Below the pieces are notes generated by a model. The model did no database searches, was not told the DNA's origin, and saw only the letters and a list, made by a program, of their open reading frames with translations. A DNA stretch of 64,000 nt from a virus, in IMG/VR virus record IMGVR_UViG_3300014914_000004, positions 1 to 64,000 of that record. The stretch is one strand, 5' to 3'. The position numbers and the translations under genes are program-made. Within the stretch, counting starts at the first letter, position 1. Every line of letters begins with the position of its first letter. This document shows, one piece after another, positions 35,070 through 46,700 of the stretch.

Positions 35070-38000
35070 ATGTCATTACATTGGAAAACAAACGGAGATA
35101 TCTCCTTTAACGATGCCAACTTTGCAGGAGGATACACTCAGTTAGGTGACGCTTTCGCGATGTCTAACGGTACATCCGGAGGCAGTTTTGGCAGGCTGGA
35201 CACTGCACTAGGCGCACAGTCTTTCTTCGATAATGCGTATTACGATATCGGAGACATCCTGTCTGAGCTCGTCAACGAGGTAGACACGATTGCTTCTGCT
35301 TCAGGCGAAGCGAATACTGCCAGCAATGCAGGCACAGGTGTATCTCTGTATTACCAGAAAGCAGGGGTAGACTTAGAGTTCAACGGTATCAAGTCCGAGA
35401 ACAATATGCTGAGCTGCACTCTGGATGCGGGGACACACGACATTGAGCTTACAGTTAATGTGGGAAATATCGACCATGGAAGTTTGAACGCCACTTCACT
35501 GACTCACGATGACCACACAATTTACTCTCTGGCTGATGGCTCCAGAGACTACAGTGCGGCTGTTGAGTACGATGCGGACTACAGCGGTACGTACACTGAT
35601 CGCAGTTTGGTTGACAAAGGATACGTCGATGCTGTTGCAGCGGGACTCCATCCGAAAGCAGCTGTTCGAGTAGCGACAACTGCCGACTTAGCGGCGTACA
35701 CCAAGACAGGTACCGGCGTAGGCGCATACCTTGAGGCTGATGCGAATGGTTCGATTAATACCCCTGGTATTGACGGAATTACTGATCTTGCAGCAGGCGA
35801 CCGCATTTTATTTAAGAATGCAGCTGCCGGAGCTGAAACTGCAGACGCAGACAACGGACTCTACGAGGTCACCGTAGTAGGTACTGCAGGTACTCCTTGG
35901 AGAATTACACGTACTACAGACTTTGACGGATCGCCAGCCAGTGAGGTTCAGGGCGGTGATTTCATGTTCGTACAGGAAGGTACCGCTAATGCAGATTCCG
36001 GTTGGGTACTGGTCACTGACGGTACGATCACGGTAGACACGACAGCACTGCAGTTCACACAGTTTTCCGGTGCTGGTCAGATTTCTGCAGGTACAGGCCT
36101 GACTAAAGACGGCAATACGATTCACATAGGTGATGGTTCCACCGGAGACATTGGCGGTATCAACCGTACAGCCAGTGACATCTCAGTAGCAGTAGACGGC
36201 AGTACGATGCAGGTCACAGGAAATCAGATCGCAATTGACACCTGGACACTTGACGACGCGTATACGAGCGGTTCCGATGCAAACGTGGGAGTAGACTCCT
36301 ACAGCGTGGATTGGCAGCTTGCAGGCACATCCTATGCGTTCCAAATTACATCCACAAATGACACCGTAAGCTTTACTGGTGATGGTGGTGGCGATATTGA
36401 TGCCGTAATGAATGTTCAAAGTTTGGACGTAGACACTACGGGTGTAATTTCTCTGGACACGGTATATGATGACGCTTCCGCCGTTAGTATCACCACTAAT
36501 GGAGGCACTAAAGAGCGCGTCACTGTTACAAATACCCAAGGGGATAATAATCTGGCTATCGGACTTATTGCTCCGGCAGGAGGTATTACGCTAGACGCAA
36601 ACAAGGTATATCTTACGTCAGACACGGATACTACCTGGGAGCTTTCAGCGGATGAGGCTACGTCTCATACGATGGTAATCACTTCGACTAATGTCGGAGC
36701 AGGGACCGCAGTGCTCGATGTTAATGTAGATGATGCGATTACGATTGATTCCACTAATGCCGGTATATCGTTGGATGCAGCGGGAGCTTCAAACTTCACA
36801 ACTTCCTCAGGGAACCTTGCTCTTAGTGCTTCCTCCATATTGGATCTTGACGGTGGGTCGGACGTTACAATTAACGCGGGAGGCTCTGTATACGCCGTAG
36901 CAACTTCTGGTGTTCAGCTAACAGGTCCTGCAGGTATTAATCTTGCTACCACTAATCAGGAGCTTGATATCAGTACTGGAACGGGCGCAGTAGACATTAA
37001 TAGTGGTGCGTTTACAGTAGATGCTGGTGGAGCTTCGCACATCAACACTGCTAGTGCAAATCTTACGCTAAGCACTACTACAGCAGGCAATTTGGTCCTC
37101 AACAGTGCGGCGGGCATCACATTCACAGACGGGAACTGGGACGGCACTACTGATCCTATCCCCTTCACGGATGGAAGTTCCACTAACTTCAGTGCATTCT
37201 CTACTCCGCCTCTTTCGTTGGTGCACGCCATCAACCTGGCGTACGCTGCTGGTGGCGCAGCTAACAGTTTGCAGGAGGTGTATACGGCTGACGACAACAC
37301 CGTGACTATGACAGCAGCTATCGGAACGGTAGCGTGGACGGGTGCAGCAAACCAAAACAGTGAGATAATGACGTTTTCACAGCTCGACACCACGAATGAT
37401 CCTGACGTCATCCTGATCACCAATGCAGGTACAGGAGCTTCGATTGAGTTGGCGGGTGCAGGTACTCGATCCATCAACTCCGCAAGTGCTAACCTGGCAC
37501 TTACTACGACTACCTCAGGCGCAATCACAGCTGATTCAGCGGGCGCAATCTCGTTGGATGCAGCAGCAGCCTCGAACTTCACTACCTCTGCAGGAGCACT
37601 CACTCTGGACGGTGCTGGCGGCATCTCTCTTGTAGGTAATGCTGCAGAGATAGATCTCACTACTACAGGCGCTATTGACCTCAACAGTGCCGCGGGTAGC
37701 TGGACAGCGACTGCTGGATTGGCATTCGCAGCCACAGACGATATTGATTTTGATGCTGACGTATATAACTTCGGCACAACAGCTGCTGGAGTATGGGAAG
37801 ACTCCGTTACTGTATCCGCAGGCAACGTAGACAGTCAGCTTGCTCAGGCCAGCATGACACATGCTGGGGTACAGACTTCTGGCGCCGCGTTTACGCGCTT
37901 AACTGCAGGTACTTCAGAGCTCATTATGGGTGCACAACACAAGACCATGGCAGGGCGCGTAGTGGTTATCGGGATGAAGGAAGGCGACACGGAAGTAATC

Positions 38001-38237
38001 GGATACATCATTGACTTCGTAGCTGAAGCAGCTTCTATCGCTACTGGAGCCGCTGTAATCCACGGGTACAATGTGACGGAGATCGCAAACGCCGGCACAA
38101 CTTCTGCTTGGGACGCTCAGGTTGTCGGTGCTGCTGATGGCAGTAACTGGGGACGTGTAGAGATTCAGGTTAAGGGTGAAGCTGATGTAAGCTGGTCTGC
38201 TAACATGCAGACTTCGGAAGTAGTAGTATCGTCTTAG
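35070..38237 (+). CDS. long fibre/decoration protein
   Basis: KGYVDAVA.GL..K.AVRVATT...GDRIL..NGLY...VQEG...FTQFSGAGQISAGTGLTK phage fibre module; ISLDAAxASNFTT beta repeats. Confidence 0.75.
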   Translation: MSLHWKTNGDISFNDANFAGGYTQLGDAFAMSNGTSGGSFGRLDTALGAQSFFDNAYYDIGDILSELVNEVDTIASASGEANTASNAGTGVSLYYQKAGVDLEFNGIKSENNMLSCTLDAGTHDIELTVNVGNIDHGSLNATSLTHDDHTIYSLADGSRDYSAAVEYDADYSGTYTDRSLVDKGYVDAVAAGLHPKAAVRVATTADLAAYTKTGTGVGAYLEADANGSINTPGIDGITDLAAGDRILFKNAAAGAETADADNGLYEVTVVGTAGTPWRITRTTDFDGSPASEVQGGDFMFVQEGTANADSGWVLVTDGTITVDTTALQFTQFSGAGQISAGTGLTKDGNTIHIGDGSTGDIGGINRTASDISVAVDGSTMQVTGNQIAIDTWTLDDAYTSGSDANVGVDSYSVDWQLAGTSYAFQITSTNDTVSFTGDGGGDIDAVMNVQSLDVDTTGVISLDTVYDDASAVSITTNGGTKERVTVTNTQGDNNLAIGLIAPAGGITLDANKVYLTSDTDTTWELSADEATSHTMVITSTNVGAGTAVLDVNVDDAITIDSTNAGISLDAAGASNFTTSSGNLALSASSILDLDGGSDVTINAGGSVYAVATSGVQLTGPAGINLATTNQELDISTGTGAVDINSGAFTVDAGGASHINTASANLTLSTTTAGNLVLNSAAGITFTDGNWDGTTDPIPFTDGSSTNFSAFSTPPLSLVHAINLAYAAGGAANSLQEVYTADDNTVTMTAAIGTVAWTGAANQNSEIMTFSQLDTTNDPDVILITNAGTGASIELAGAGTRSINSASANLALTTTTSGAITADSAGAISLDAAAASNFTTSAGALTLDGAGGISLVGNAAEIDLTTTGAIDLNSAAGSWTATAGLAFAATDDIDFDADVYNFGTTAAGVWEDSVTVSAGNVDSQLAQASMTHAGVQTSGAAFTRLTAGTSELIMGAQHKTMAGRVVVIGMKEGDTEVIGYIIDFVAEAASIATGAAVIHGYNVTEIANAGTTSAWDAQVVGAADGSNWGRVEIQVKGEADVSWSANMQTSEVVVSS

Positions 38238-38261
38238 AAGTGATATTTCTTAGTTAGGATT

Positions 38262-38299
38262 AAAAGGTCTTACACTTTACGGTGTAAGGCCTTTTTTTT
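38262..38299 (+). terminator. intrinsic terminator
   Basis: AAAAGGTCTTACACT-TTAC-GGTGTAAGGCCT8. Confidence 0.85.
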
Positions 38300-38334
38300 C
38301 GTAGAATTATGTAGTAACTAAACGGAGTCACCAG

Positions 38335-41300
38335 ATGAGCTTCATGGAAAAAACTGACGGCCAATTTGCTTGGGAAGACGGATATAAGCTACATCCTACC
38401 TGTACATACAGTGACGTGTTTATGTTGGCGGGCTCCATAGGTGAATGGAACGATTACGGAGATATGTTCGGAGCGAGCGGCGTACATACGATTATTGGAG
38501 CGCTGAACCATCTTCAAACACAGGTAAGTGCAGATTCACTTTGGGACCGATCAGGGACTGTACTTATACCGGACACTGCAACCGACACCCTTCGAGTTGG
38601 AGAGGGGAGTAAGACTGCTCCCAGCTATGCCTTTGGAGGTAACGTAGACTCAGGTATGTACTCTGATGTAGCAGGAGGTAAGTACCTCGCTTTTTCTGCT
38701 AACGACAATGAAGTACTGTCGGTGTCAGGCACCAAGGGATGGATCATATCTGCAGCAGGCTTTGACCTGGCAGCGACAGGGGAAGTTGATATAGACGCGA
38801 GTGCTTTTGCTCTGGATGCTACGAGCACGTCTAATCTGACGGTTACAGGAACCTCATCGGTGGACCTGACCCTTTCTGCAACAACTTCCTCAGGGGATTC
38901 CAGAGTGCTGATTTCTTCTGGGAGTGAGATTGATCTTAGTACTGGTAACGTAGATATAAATGCCACAGGAGCCTTCACTATCGATGGTGTTGCTACGTCC
39001 AATGTCACGGTCAGTGGTACTGGAACAGTAGCGCTCAATCTTGAGGCTACCTCAGGAACTTCAGCGGCGGATGTGAACATAGTTGCTGACAGGGAGATTG
39101 ACCTTACGTCGAGCGCCGTGGATATCAACGCAGTTGCTGCTGTTGATATAAACGCAGGAGCCACATCGGTCTTCGTAGTGGACGGCGCACATCTTACTGT
39201 AGGTACCAGCACTTCAGGTAACGCTACTTTAAGCGGAGCTACGAATGCTTCTATTCGTGCAGGCTCGGGGGTATTCGATGTTCGCACCAATGCTACACCC
39301 GTACAGCGACTAGAAATTAATGCAGATGGCGATTGGGACGTGGACGCTAAAGGGTATGTGCATGTATCTACGAGTGCTACTACGATAGATGCCAGCGCCC
39401 TTTCACTAGACGCCACGAGCACGTCTAATCTGACAGTGACTGGAACTGCTGCAGTAGATTTAGCTATCGGAGCAACTACCAGCTCAGGAGATGCAAGAGT
39501 CCTCATTACTGCTGGCTCAGAGATAGACCTTACGGCTAGTAACGTAGATATAAATGCGACAGCCGCTTTCTCCGTAGATGGTGTTACCGATTCCAATGTT
39601 TCGGTGGCAGGAACAGGGACGGTAGCGCTCAGCATAGCTGCTACTTCAAGCACCTCCGCAGCAGACGTAAATATTTCTGCTGATAGGGAGATTGATCTTA
39701 CGGCTAGTACCGTAGATATCAATGCTGCTGCAGCTGTCAGTATGAATGCGGGAGCCACTTCCATATTTACGGTAGCGGGTGCCGACCTAACGTTGACTAC
39801 GACTACGTCCGGTACCATCACACTTGGAGGAGCGACCAACACATCGGTTCGTTCAGGCTCTGGAGTGTTTGATATCCGCACAAATGCCTCTCCAGTACAG
39901 AGGTTACAGATTAATGCGTCCGGAGACTGGGATGCTGATGCGAACGATTACGCGCTCGATGCTGTAGAAGGTATTTCACTTGATGCGGCATCGGCCTCTA
40001 ATTTTACAGTTGCGGGAGACACCCTTTCACTGGCTACTACGACCAGTGGCAGCATGATCATTAACTCCGCGGAGAACGTAACATTTACTTACAACGAGGC
40101 CGCAGCAGGCAGTGCTCTTTACCTAGTGAACGACGACACTACGGTTGCCACGTTTTCTTCGAGTATTGCATTCCAGGCATTGACTGACGGCAACATTACG
40201 CTAACTGTCACGGATTCCCTGGTTACTGGACCTGCTATCACCCTTGATGCAAATGGGGCAGCTGCAGCGATCAATCTGGATTCGGATTTTGACATTACAA
40301 ACGTATATAACAACGCGGCAGGCGCAGGCAGCTATTCTATCTACGAAGATACAACACAGATTTTAGATATAGACGCTTCTGGGGCAGTGAAGTGGACACC
40401 CGGAGGCGCGTTCGAGATAGACACGGACGCAAACACTACGAGTGGGTATTCGCTGATAGATGGTATTTATTTTGTAAATGGGAAGAACACTACTGCTTTT
40501 GCAACATTACTGCAGGGGCTTTCAACAGGTGCGCACATCGTCTTAGGTCCTGGAACTCACGACATTAGTTGGACTACGGCACAGACCTTCAGTCGAGATA
40601 TGAAGATAAGTGGCTCAGGTGCGAGTACTACCGCTATTCGCTTTACAAGTAACGACGCTGATTGCTGTTTGAACTTCACAGGTACGCTTGAACTGTACGG
40701 AGTAACCGTAACACGGTCAGTCTCGATGACTAACCAGGCGTATGCAATTCAGTTGGCGGCACCTGGTTCTATCATTTCGGATTGCATATTTGAAACGGAT
40801 GCTCAAGCTGCTCCGACTTGGACTAGTATTAGTGTTTTGGCTGCTGCCGAAGACACTGTACTGCGGAATATTCGTTTTGAGACAAACTACTCTTCCTACT
40901 GGCACATCAATGCAAATGCTCCGAGGATCCAAATAGACAACTGTACTGCTACGGGCGAAGACGATAGTACAGGCTCAGTAAAGCTCACAGCGACCGCAGA
41001 GTATTCTAAAGTAGTGAACTGTTATTTCCAAAGTAGCAATGGAGCGACTGCGACACCTAATTTGGAGATCGCAGCGGACTATGTGAAAGTGACAGACAGC
41101 ACGTTTATCGCAGGGACATCTGCTGCGACAGGACATGGAGTCAGATGCTTTACGTTTAGTGGAGGACACACGACTGTCTCAGGCTGCACGGTACACGCAT
41201 TGTGGCCTGCTTCAAATAATTGCACTGATCGTATTGTATCGGTAGCAGGCTCTAGTAATCGTTTTGTCAACTCTGAGTTTAAGCAGCTTGGATACAACTA

Positions 41301-41796
41301 CACTTCATCCGCGGCTATCGCAGGCGGGGCCATTAACGTAACGTCAAGCCATTTCCGCATGGAAAACTGTCATGTGGAAGCAGAGGACTGCAAAGCGGCC
41401 TTGTACTTCAGTGGAGGGGCTGACTATCCTTATATTGCCAACACCTACATAGCAAAAGTCCATTCGTTTGATGGTGCGACTCGAGAGTCTGCGTGTATTT
41501 ACACCCAATCAGGTTGCCACTACGGCTCCATCAGTCACAACTATTTGTATCCTGATGGGAGTACTCTTGCTTATGCGGTGGGAGGAAGTGCCTCTAATGG
41601 GAGCGATTACTGGAGTATAATAGGGAACGTAGTACGTTTGGGTGCAGGCCCATGCAGGGGTATTCGTGTTTCGCAATACCAGAACTGTACTGTTATAGGG
41701 AACACGGCTAATCCGGCAGGGAGTGCAGTCTATGGGACGAATACTAATAACGAGTATGGGTCAGGAAGCAGTACTGCACCAGGCACAAATAACTAA
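38335..41796 (+). CDS. long tail spike with 198-aa internal duplication and C-terminal pectate-lyase-like beta helix (putative depolymerase)
   Basis: Two ~190-aa repeats 594 nt apart; LGPGTH...ISGSGASTT, ISDCIF, IDNCTA, IIGNVV, VIGNT. Confidence 0.75.
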   Translation: MSFMEKTDGQFAWEDGYKLHPTCTYSDVFMLAGSIGEWNDYGDMFGASGVHTIIGALNHLQTQVSADSLWDRSGTVLIPDTATDTLRVGEGSKTAPSYAFGGNVDSGMYSDVAGGKYLAFSANDNEVLSVSGTKGWIISAAGFDLAATGEVDIDASAFALDATSTSNLTVTGTSSVDLTLSATTSSGDSRVLISSGSEIDLSTGNVDINATGAFTIDGVATSNVTVSGTGTVALNLEATSGTSAADVNIVADREIDLTSSAVDINAVAAVDINAGATSVFVVDGAHLTVGTSTSGNATLSGATNASIRAGSGVFDVRTNATPVQRLEINADGDWDVDAKGYVHVSTSATTIDASALSLDATSTSNLTVTGTAAVDLAIGATTSSGDARVLITAGSEIDLTASNVDINATAAFSVDGVTDSNVSVAGTGTVALSIAATSSTSAADVNISADREIDLTASTVDINAAAAVSMNAGATSIFTVAGADLTLTTTTSGTITLGGATNTSVRSGSGVFDIRTNASPVQRLQINASGDWDADANDYALDAVEGISLDAASASNFTVAGDTLSLATTTSGSMIINSAENVTFTYNEAAAGSALYLVNDDTTVATFSSSIAFQALTDGNITLTVTDSLVTGPAITLDANGAAAAINLDSDFDITNVYNNAAGAGSYSIYEDTTQILDIDASGAVKWTPGGAFEIDTDANTTSGYSLIDGIYFVNGKNTTAFATLLQGLSTGAHIVLGPGTHDISWTTAQTFSRDMKISGSGASTTAIRFTSNDADCCLNFTGTLELYGVTVTRSVSMTNQAYAIQLAAPGSIISDCIFETDAQAAPTWTSISVLAAAEDTVLRNIRFETNYSSYWHINANAPRIQIDNCTATGEDDSTGSVKLTATAEYSKVVNCYFQSSNGATATPNLEIAADYVKVTDSTFIAGTSAATGHGVRCFTFSGGHTTVSGCTVHALWPASNNCTDRIVSVAGSSNRFVNSEFKQLGYNYTSSAAIAGGAINVTSSHFRMENCHVEAEDCKAALYFSGGADYPYIANTYIAKVHSFDGATRESACIYTQSGCHYGSISHNYLYPDGSTLAYAVGGSASNGSDYWSIIGNVVRLGAGPCRGIRVSQYQNCTVIGNTANPAGSAVYGTNTNNEYGSGSSTAPGTNN

Positions 41797-41809
41797 AGGA
41801 TAAACTGAG

Positions 41810-42058
41810 ATGGCAACGGCTAGTGAGTTAAGAACACAGATCGCGTCTAAAGAGGCGGACATCAAAGATTATGAAGATTTGATTGCACCTCTTCACGTGG
41901 ATATTAAAGATTTGAACGTAACCCTCGAATCTCAACAGGCTGCGTGTGAGCATCTAAGTATTGCTACCGGTGAGGTAGTAGATGGCAGGATAATACTTAC
42001 CTGCGAGAATTCTGATTGTGGCATGCAATGGGTTGCCACTGTTTCTCCTTCCGGCTAA
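41810..42058 (+). CDS. coiled-coil + Zn-ribbon small protein
   Basis: AAGGA RBS; CEH...CENSDC. Confidence 0.65.
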   Translation: MATASELRTQIASKEADIKDYEDLIAPLHVDIKDLNVTLESQQAACEHLSIATGEVVDGRIILTCENSDCGMQWVATVSPSG

Positions 42059-42139
42059 GGCTCTCCTACTGGACAAGACACATGTTATGTGTTTTAACAG
42101 GTACTAACGCAGCAAAAAAAATAAAGGAGAGTGTCTGCC

Positions 42140-42760
42140 ATGTCATTCAAAGCCCCTGTCACCACAACTAACCGTGACCTGCTCAGATTAAACCGAGTAC
42201 TCGATACTTACGGGAGTATCCGGGATGGACGATTAGCGTTTGCCCTGGCACGTAACCGTCTGAGTATAAAGTCGTACACAGATACGTTGGATGAGATTCG
42301 CACTCCGGCTCCTGATGACCCAGAACTCCTGGAGAAGTACAAGGTGTATGAGGGTAAGCGGCTGGAGTTGAACAAGAAGCATGCGCGAAAAGACGCTGAC
42401 GGGAACCCTATGCAGAACCAGGGAGGGTTCATGATCGAAGATCAGGTAGCGTTTGATGCTGCGTACAAAGCTCTGGGGAAAAAGCACCCGGAGGCAGTGG
42501 CAGAGCGTGACCGGATAAGTAAGGCCTTCGATGATGCTATGGGTATGGAAGTGGACTATCAACCCTACGCTATCCCTTACCGCAAAGTACCTGAGAATGC
42601 CATTGCAGCTCAGGACTTAGCTATCTTCCTTGAGTTTGAGATTATTACAGGGGAGCCAGACTGGGGAGACGACGATGATGAGGCAGAGGATCTTCCAGCA
42701 CCCACTCCAATAAAAAAGAGCAGACCTAAGGGCGCCGCTAAGAAACGTAAGAAAAAATAA
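42140..42760 (+). CDS. putative fibre chaperone-like helical protein with basic tail
   Basis: AAGGAG RBS; LAFALARN...KKHARKDADGNP motif; KKRKKK C-terminus. Confidence 0.6.
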   Translation: MSFKAPVTTTNRDLLRLNRVLDTYGSIRDGRLAFALARNRLSIKSYTDTLDEIRTPAPDDPELLEKYKVYEGKRLELNKKHARKDADGNPMQNQGGFMIEDQVAFDAAYKALGKKHPEAVAERDRISKAFDDAMGMEVDYQPYAIPYRKVPENAIAAQDLAIFLEFEIITGEPDWGDDDDEAEDLPAPTPIKKSRPKGAAKKRKKK

Positions 42761-42794
42761 GCAGTTCCTCCTATACTTTCCTAGAGGTGGTTGC

Positions 42795-43241
42795 ATGGCA
42801 GTTAAGGTTGGAGGATTTGGAATTATACCTTTTGGGAGGTCCCAGTTCGGGCACGGATTCCCTGATATAGAGCCACGTTTTTTATCGTCCAGACCTTTGG
42901 ACAAGAGTATTAACGTGTCGCAAGACGCTACTTTGAAGTTTACGACGTATTGTTTTTCCAGTTGGATTGACGTAGACGAGCCTCTTCCTGGGGTCCAGGT
43001 TGAGATCAGTGAAGATGCCGGCAACACATTCGTACCTGCGTATGCTTCAGGTGCGTTTGTAGCTCCTTATGATGGGGTGAACAGCAAAGTGCGCAGGACG
43101 GAAGGTCACGAATTGACTTTCTATATCCAAAAGACCGCAGACTGGCCTCTCAGTACCGCCGTGATGATCCGGTACACTGGGGTAGATAACTATGGGCAGG
43201 TGGCTAGTAAAGAGGCACCTGTAGTCTGGGGCTATGTCTGA
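42795..43241 (+). CDS. Ig-like structural protein
   Basis: GFG.IPFG..QFG N-terminus; SRPLDKSINV..DATLKF Big-like motif. Confidence 0.55.
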   Translation: MAVKVGGFGIIPFGRSQFGHGFPDIEPRFLSSRPLDKSINVSQDATLKFTTYCFSSWIDVDEPLPGVQVEISEDAGNTFVPAYASGAFVAPYDGVNSKVRRTEGHELTFYIQKTADWPLSTAVMIRYTGVDNYGQVASKEAPVVWGYV

Positions 43242-43738
43242 TGCCTTACACCTGGGAATTCAATACCGGAGGACTTCCTCCGGGCCCACTAGGGAAGAAG
43301 TGCCACCGGGGACCTATGATCGACATCGAGATTGTGATGTCGAAACCGTTCACGATTGTTCCAGGGGCAGAAGCACTGCGCGGTAGACTTCTAGCACATA
43401 TAGTAGACACGTCCTTTATTGCAGTTCGGACTCGAGAAGTGGTTCTCAGGGTACTGAATAGTAACCTGGGGCCTATGTATGTGACTCTTAATAACGATAG
43501 AAATGTTCTTCTGGTAGACATTTGTGAGAAGCGAAACAGCGTACCTATTGATCATGAGTTGCGTGCCTGGGACAAAGACTATGTAGATGTTGCCCGAAGG
43601 TTTAAAGACTTTGAGATTACTCCTCAGAGTATTGATTTGCTCTTGTCTGCTTTGAACTCAGTCAATCCGGTGTTTCGATTAGCAGCGCGATGTGCAATAA
43701 TCCTCATGGCTGCATACATCGAACAGCGGAGTGGCTGA
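43241..43738 (+). CDS. hypothetical (tail-associated) protein
   Basis: TGATG coupling on both sides. Confidence 0.7.
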   Translation: MPYTWEFNTGGLPPGPLGKKCHRGPMIDIEIVMSKPFTIVPGAEALRGRLLAHIVDTSFIAVRTREVVLRVLNSNLGPMYVTLNNDRNVLLVDICEKRNSVPIDHELRAWDKDYVDVARRFKDFEITPQSIDLLLSALNSVNPVFRLAARCAIILMAAYIEQRSG

Positions 43739-46700
43739 TGGCGAAAGACTTCACGAATTACACTGTAAACATGCCCCACCAGGCTGCGTGGCTCGTCTAC
43801 ATCAACGGGATTGAGATTCCTGTAGTATCGGTAGACGTAGACTTTGGTGTGTGGATGATTCCCGAAGTACGTATAACGATGGTCCCCCATGTCATTCTTC
43901 AGCGTATAGGGTATGAAGACAGGTTGCAGGTTAGTGTGTGGTACCTGGATGAGTGGTTTGCCCCGGACAACCCAGAGTTTAAGATAATGGGTGAGTTTGA
44001 ATGTACAGGGTGGAGCTACACTAATTCTGGCCAGTCCCGATTCATACAGCTTAATTGTCGGGCGCAGACGCAGATAATGGAGCAGCTCCACTTCTACTAC
44101 ATGTCTGCCGTGGACGATATGGTGACTAGCCTGTCTCCTGCTACGGGGCAGAACCCTAACATGTATTCACAGTCTATGGTGTACTACCCTGCATCATTGT
44201 TCTTGCATGGGATGGTAAAGAAAACTGTGGAGAGTGTTGCGGCACCTGCACCTGCACCTGCGCCGGCAGCAGCAGCTAGTACTGGGGGTGCATCTATTGG
44301 AGGGTCGGGGGCAGCTGCGACGGGTACCCCAAAAGACAGCGCGACTACGTCGACAAGTACAGTGGCAGAAGCAACTACTACTACTTCTGCAACGGACGCG
44401 CTTGCGGCCATTCCGGCTAACGTAGTGGCTCCCGAAGACTTCGTTAGAAGTCCTTTTGAGTTTATCTCCAATATTTTTAAAGCATTGCTCTCAGAGATTG
44501 ACACTGATAATTCGTCCCCAAGTAAAGCTGCTCCAGGAAAGATACCGGCAGATGCAGCATCTGTTCCTGGGCGTAATTTCTTTGCACGGTGGATGAACTT
44601 TACTGATTTTAGGCGTAGGTGGGCAGGTCTCCCGTTCTTCGACAGTCCTGACGCACAGACGATGGATGGGTGCTTCCCTCTGATTAAAGCGGTACAGGCC
44701 ACAGAAGTACTTTCTGCGTTACAGCAGCAGCTGGGGCAAAGTATTGGTCAAGCCGGCAGCATGTGGGAGCTTTTGAAGTCCATCTATACTACTATGTACA
44801 TGGAGATTGTGACAATCCCTGCGCCTCCTGCGGTTTCTATCCAAAAAGGAACAGGCCTGTTGAAGGGTCCTATACGGCGTAAAAAGGGTGGCACAGTTAT
44901 TCGGAATGGCACCTCAGAATTCGGAGGTATCCTTCACCACATAGTTAAGCCTCAGTGTATATTTGGATTACCGCCGACATGTAACATCATATTTCCTTCC
45001 ATGATTAAGAGCTATACCTTTCAGGAAGACTACATGTCGCAGCCTACTCGAATGTATTTAGGTGAGAAGTACATGTCGAATATTCTAAATGCCGGAGCTA
45101 CGGGGAGTCCTCAGGCGCTGGTAGGAGAGCTACTAACTACAGGATACCCTCCGGTAGTACGTGAGCGCATGCAGCAGTATATTGCAGACCCTAAGCAGAA
45201 CACTAAGAATTTTTTAGTGTACCCGGAAGAACTCTACAAAGGGCCGGTTACTGCACAAAAAAATGCCCCGCCGTGGTTGTGGATGCTCGAGCAGAAGCAT
45301 AAAGCGCAAGTTACTGCCGGTGCGACATACACTACTGGAGAATGGTTCAGTATGAGTCGCCGTAAGGTTAAGGAGGCGATCAAACCTTTAGTGGCTTCGC
45401 TGGCAGGGAAGGTAGGGATACCTGTAGCACACGTATTTACAGTTATATCTATTGAGTCAGGTTTCGTAGTGAACGATACGTCTAAAACAGGGGCCCAAGG
45501 TCTTATGCAACTGCAGCCGTTTGTGGCTGAGGTAAAAAACGCTGCCGGGAAGGTAATAGTGACGGGGCGAGTATCTACGATAGATTCCACGTACAATTTG
45601 GCACGAAAGTACTTCGGATGGCAGGGACAGCCTCGTAGCGCCATAAACGCGTACGACCCCCCTACTGCATTGAAATTAGGAATAGCGTATATCAAATTTG
45701 CAGTGGATTGTGAGACAAAAGCTAACGGAAAAAAGCCGAACTTAAACAATCCAAATGACCCTGGAACACGCAGAGTTATTGGGTCATACCTGATAGGTGC
45801 CACGAAACGCAGTCCTATTTGGAAGTTAAAGTTTAAGCCTAACGGGAAGGCGTATTTTGATCCGGCAGATAAAGTAAAGTCGACGAATAACTATATGATC
45901 GAGAACACTGATACGCGTATGGCCAATTACACGAAGCGGTGGGAGAAGTACAAGGATGCGGATCTGGCACCTAAAGCGACCACGGCATCGACAGCGTCTA
46001 ACCCCGCACAAGTTGAGCCTGAGGGGGAAGATGCTGAACCCCAAACTACTGAAGCGACTCCGGCAGAGGCAGCACTTAAAGCGGCTTATGTTCCTGCAGA
46101 TCGGGGCAGTGCTCTAGGTCGACTATTCTCTTTGTATGCACGCTACGAGTATTATCGTGCAAGGTTTGAGAGTCGGTCCGGTGGAGTCGTGATGCCGTTA
46201 AACCCTTATATTGTACCGGGCTTTTCGGCTGTAATTTTCGATGAGAAGACCTCAGGTTTTGACACCTTCGGATATGTAACTAAGGTCAGCCACAGTATGT
46301 CCGTCATGGGGGGAAGTCCTTCGATGATGACGACCGTTAATTTTGCATTTGCAAGGTCCTTCTCTGAATTTATTAAGCAGGTACACTCCGGGGTGGAAGA
46401 GGCGGATGCAGGTACCGATATGCTTAACTTTGACTGTGCGCCGTCCGAGCCTATCCCAAGTGTAGGAGAAGTATTCCAGACGCTAACGAAAGCTTCCTCT
46501 CTGTACCGCGATTTGTTTTATCCTGGCACAACTAAAGAGACAGTGTTTGATTGGGAAAACTCAGTAGATGTTTGCGACCTTGATGGGAAGGCTTTGAATC
46601 TAGTGGGGGATGGGTACGTATTTGAGGAGGGCTTGGTTATTAAGCCTAACTACAGGTATCTTGATGAGTTCAGAGCAGCGGATGCAGCAATGTTCTATAT

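Noticed and set aside
36956-39881. Long antisense ORFs (289 and 418 aa)
   Set aside because: Shadows of Ala/Thr/Ser-rich repetitive fibre genes; no RBS or motifs
42075-42095. AAGACACAT-GTT-ATGTGTTTT palindrome as operator or terminator
   Set aside because: Single AT-rich instance with a weak stem and no second copy found
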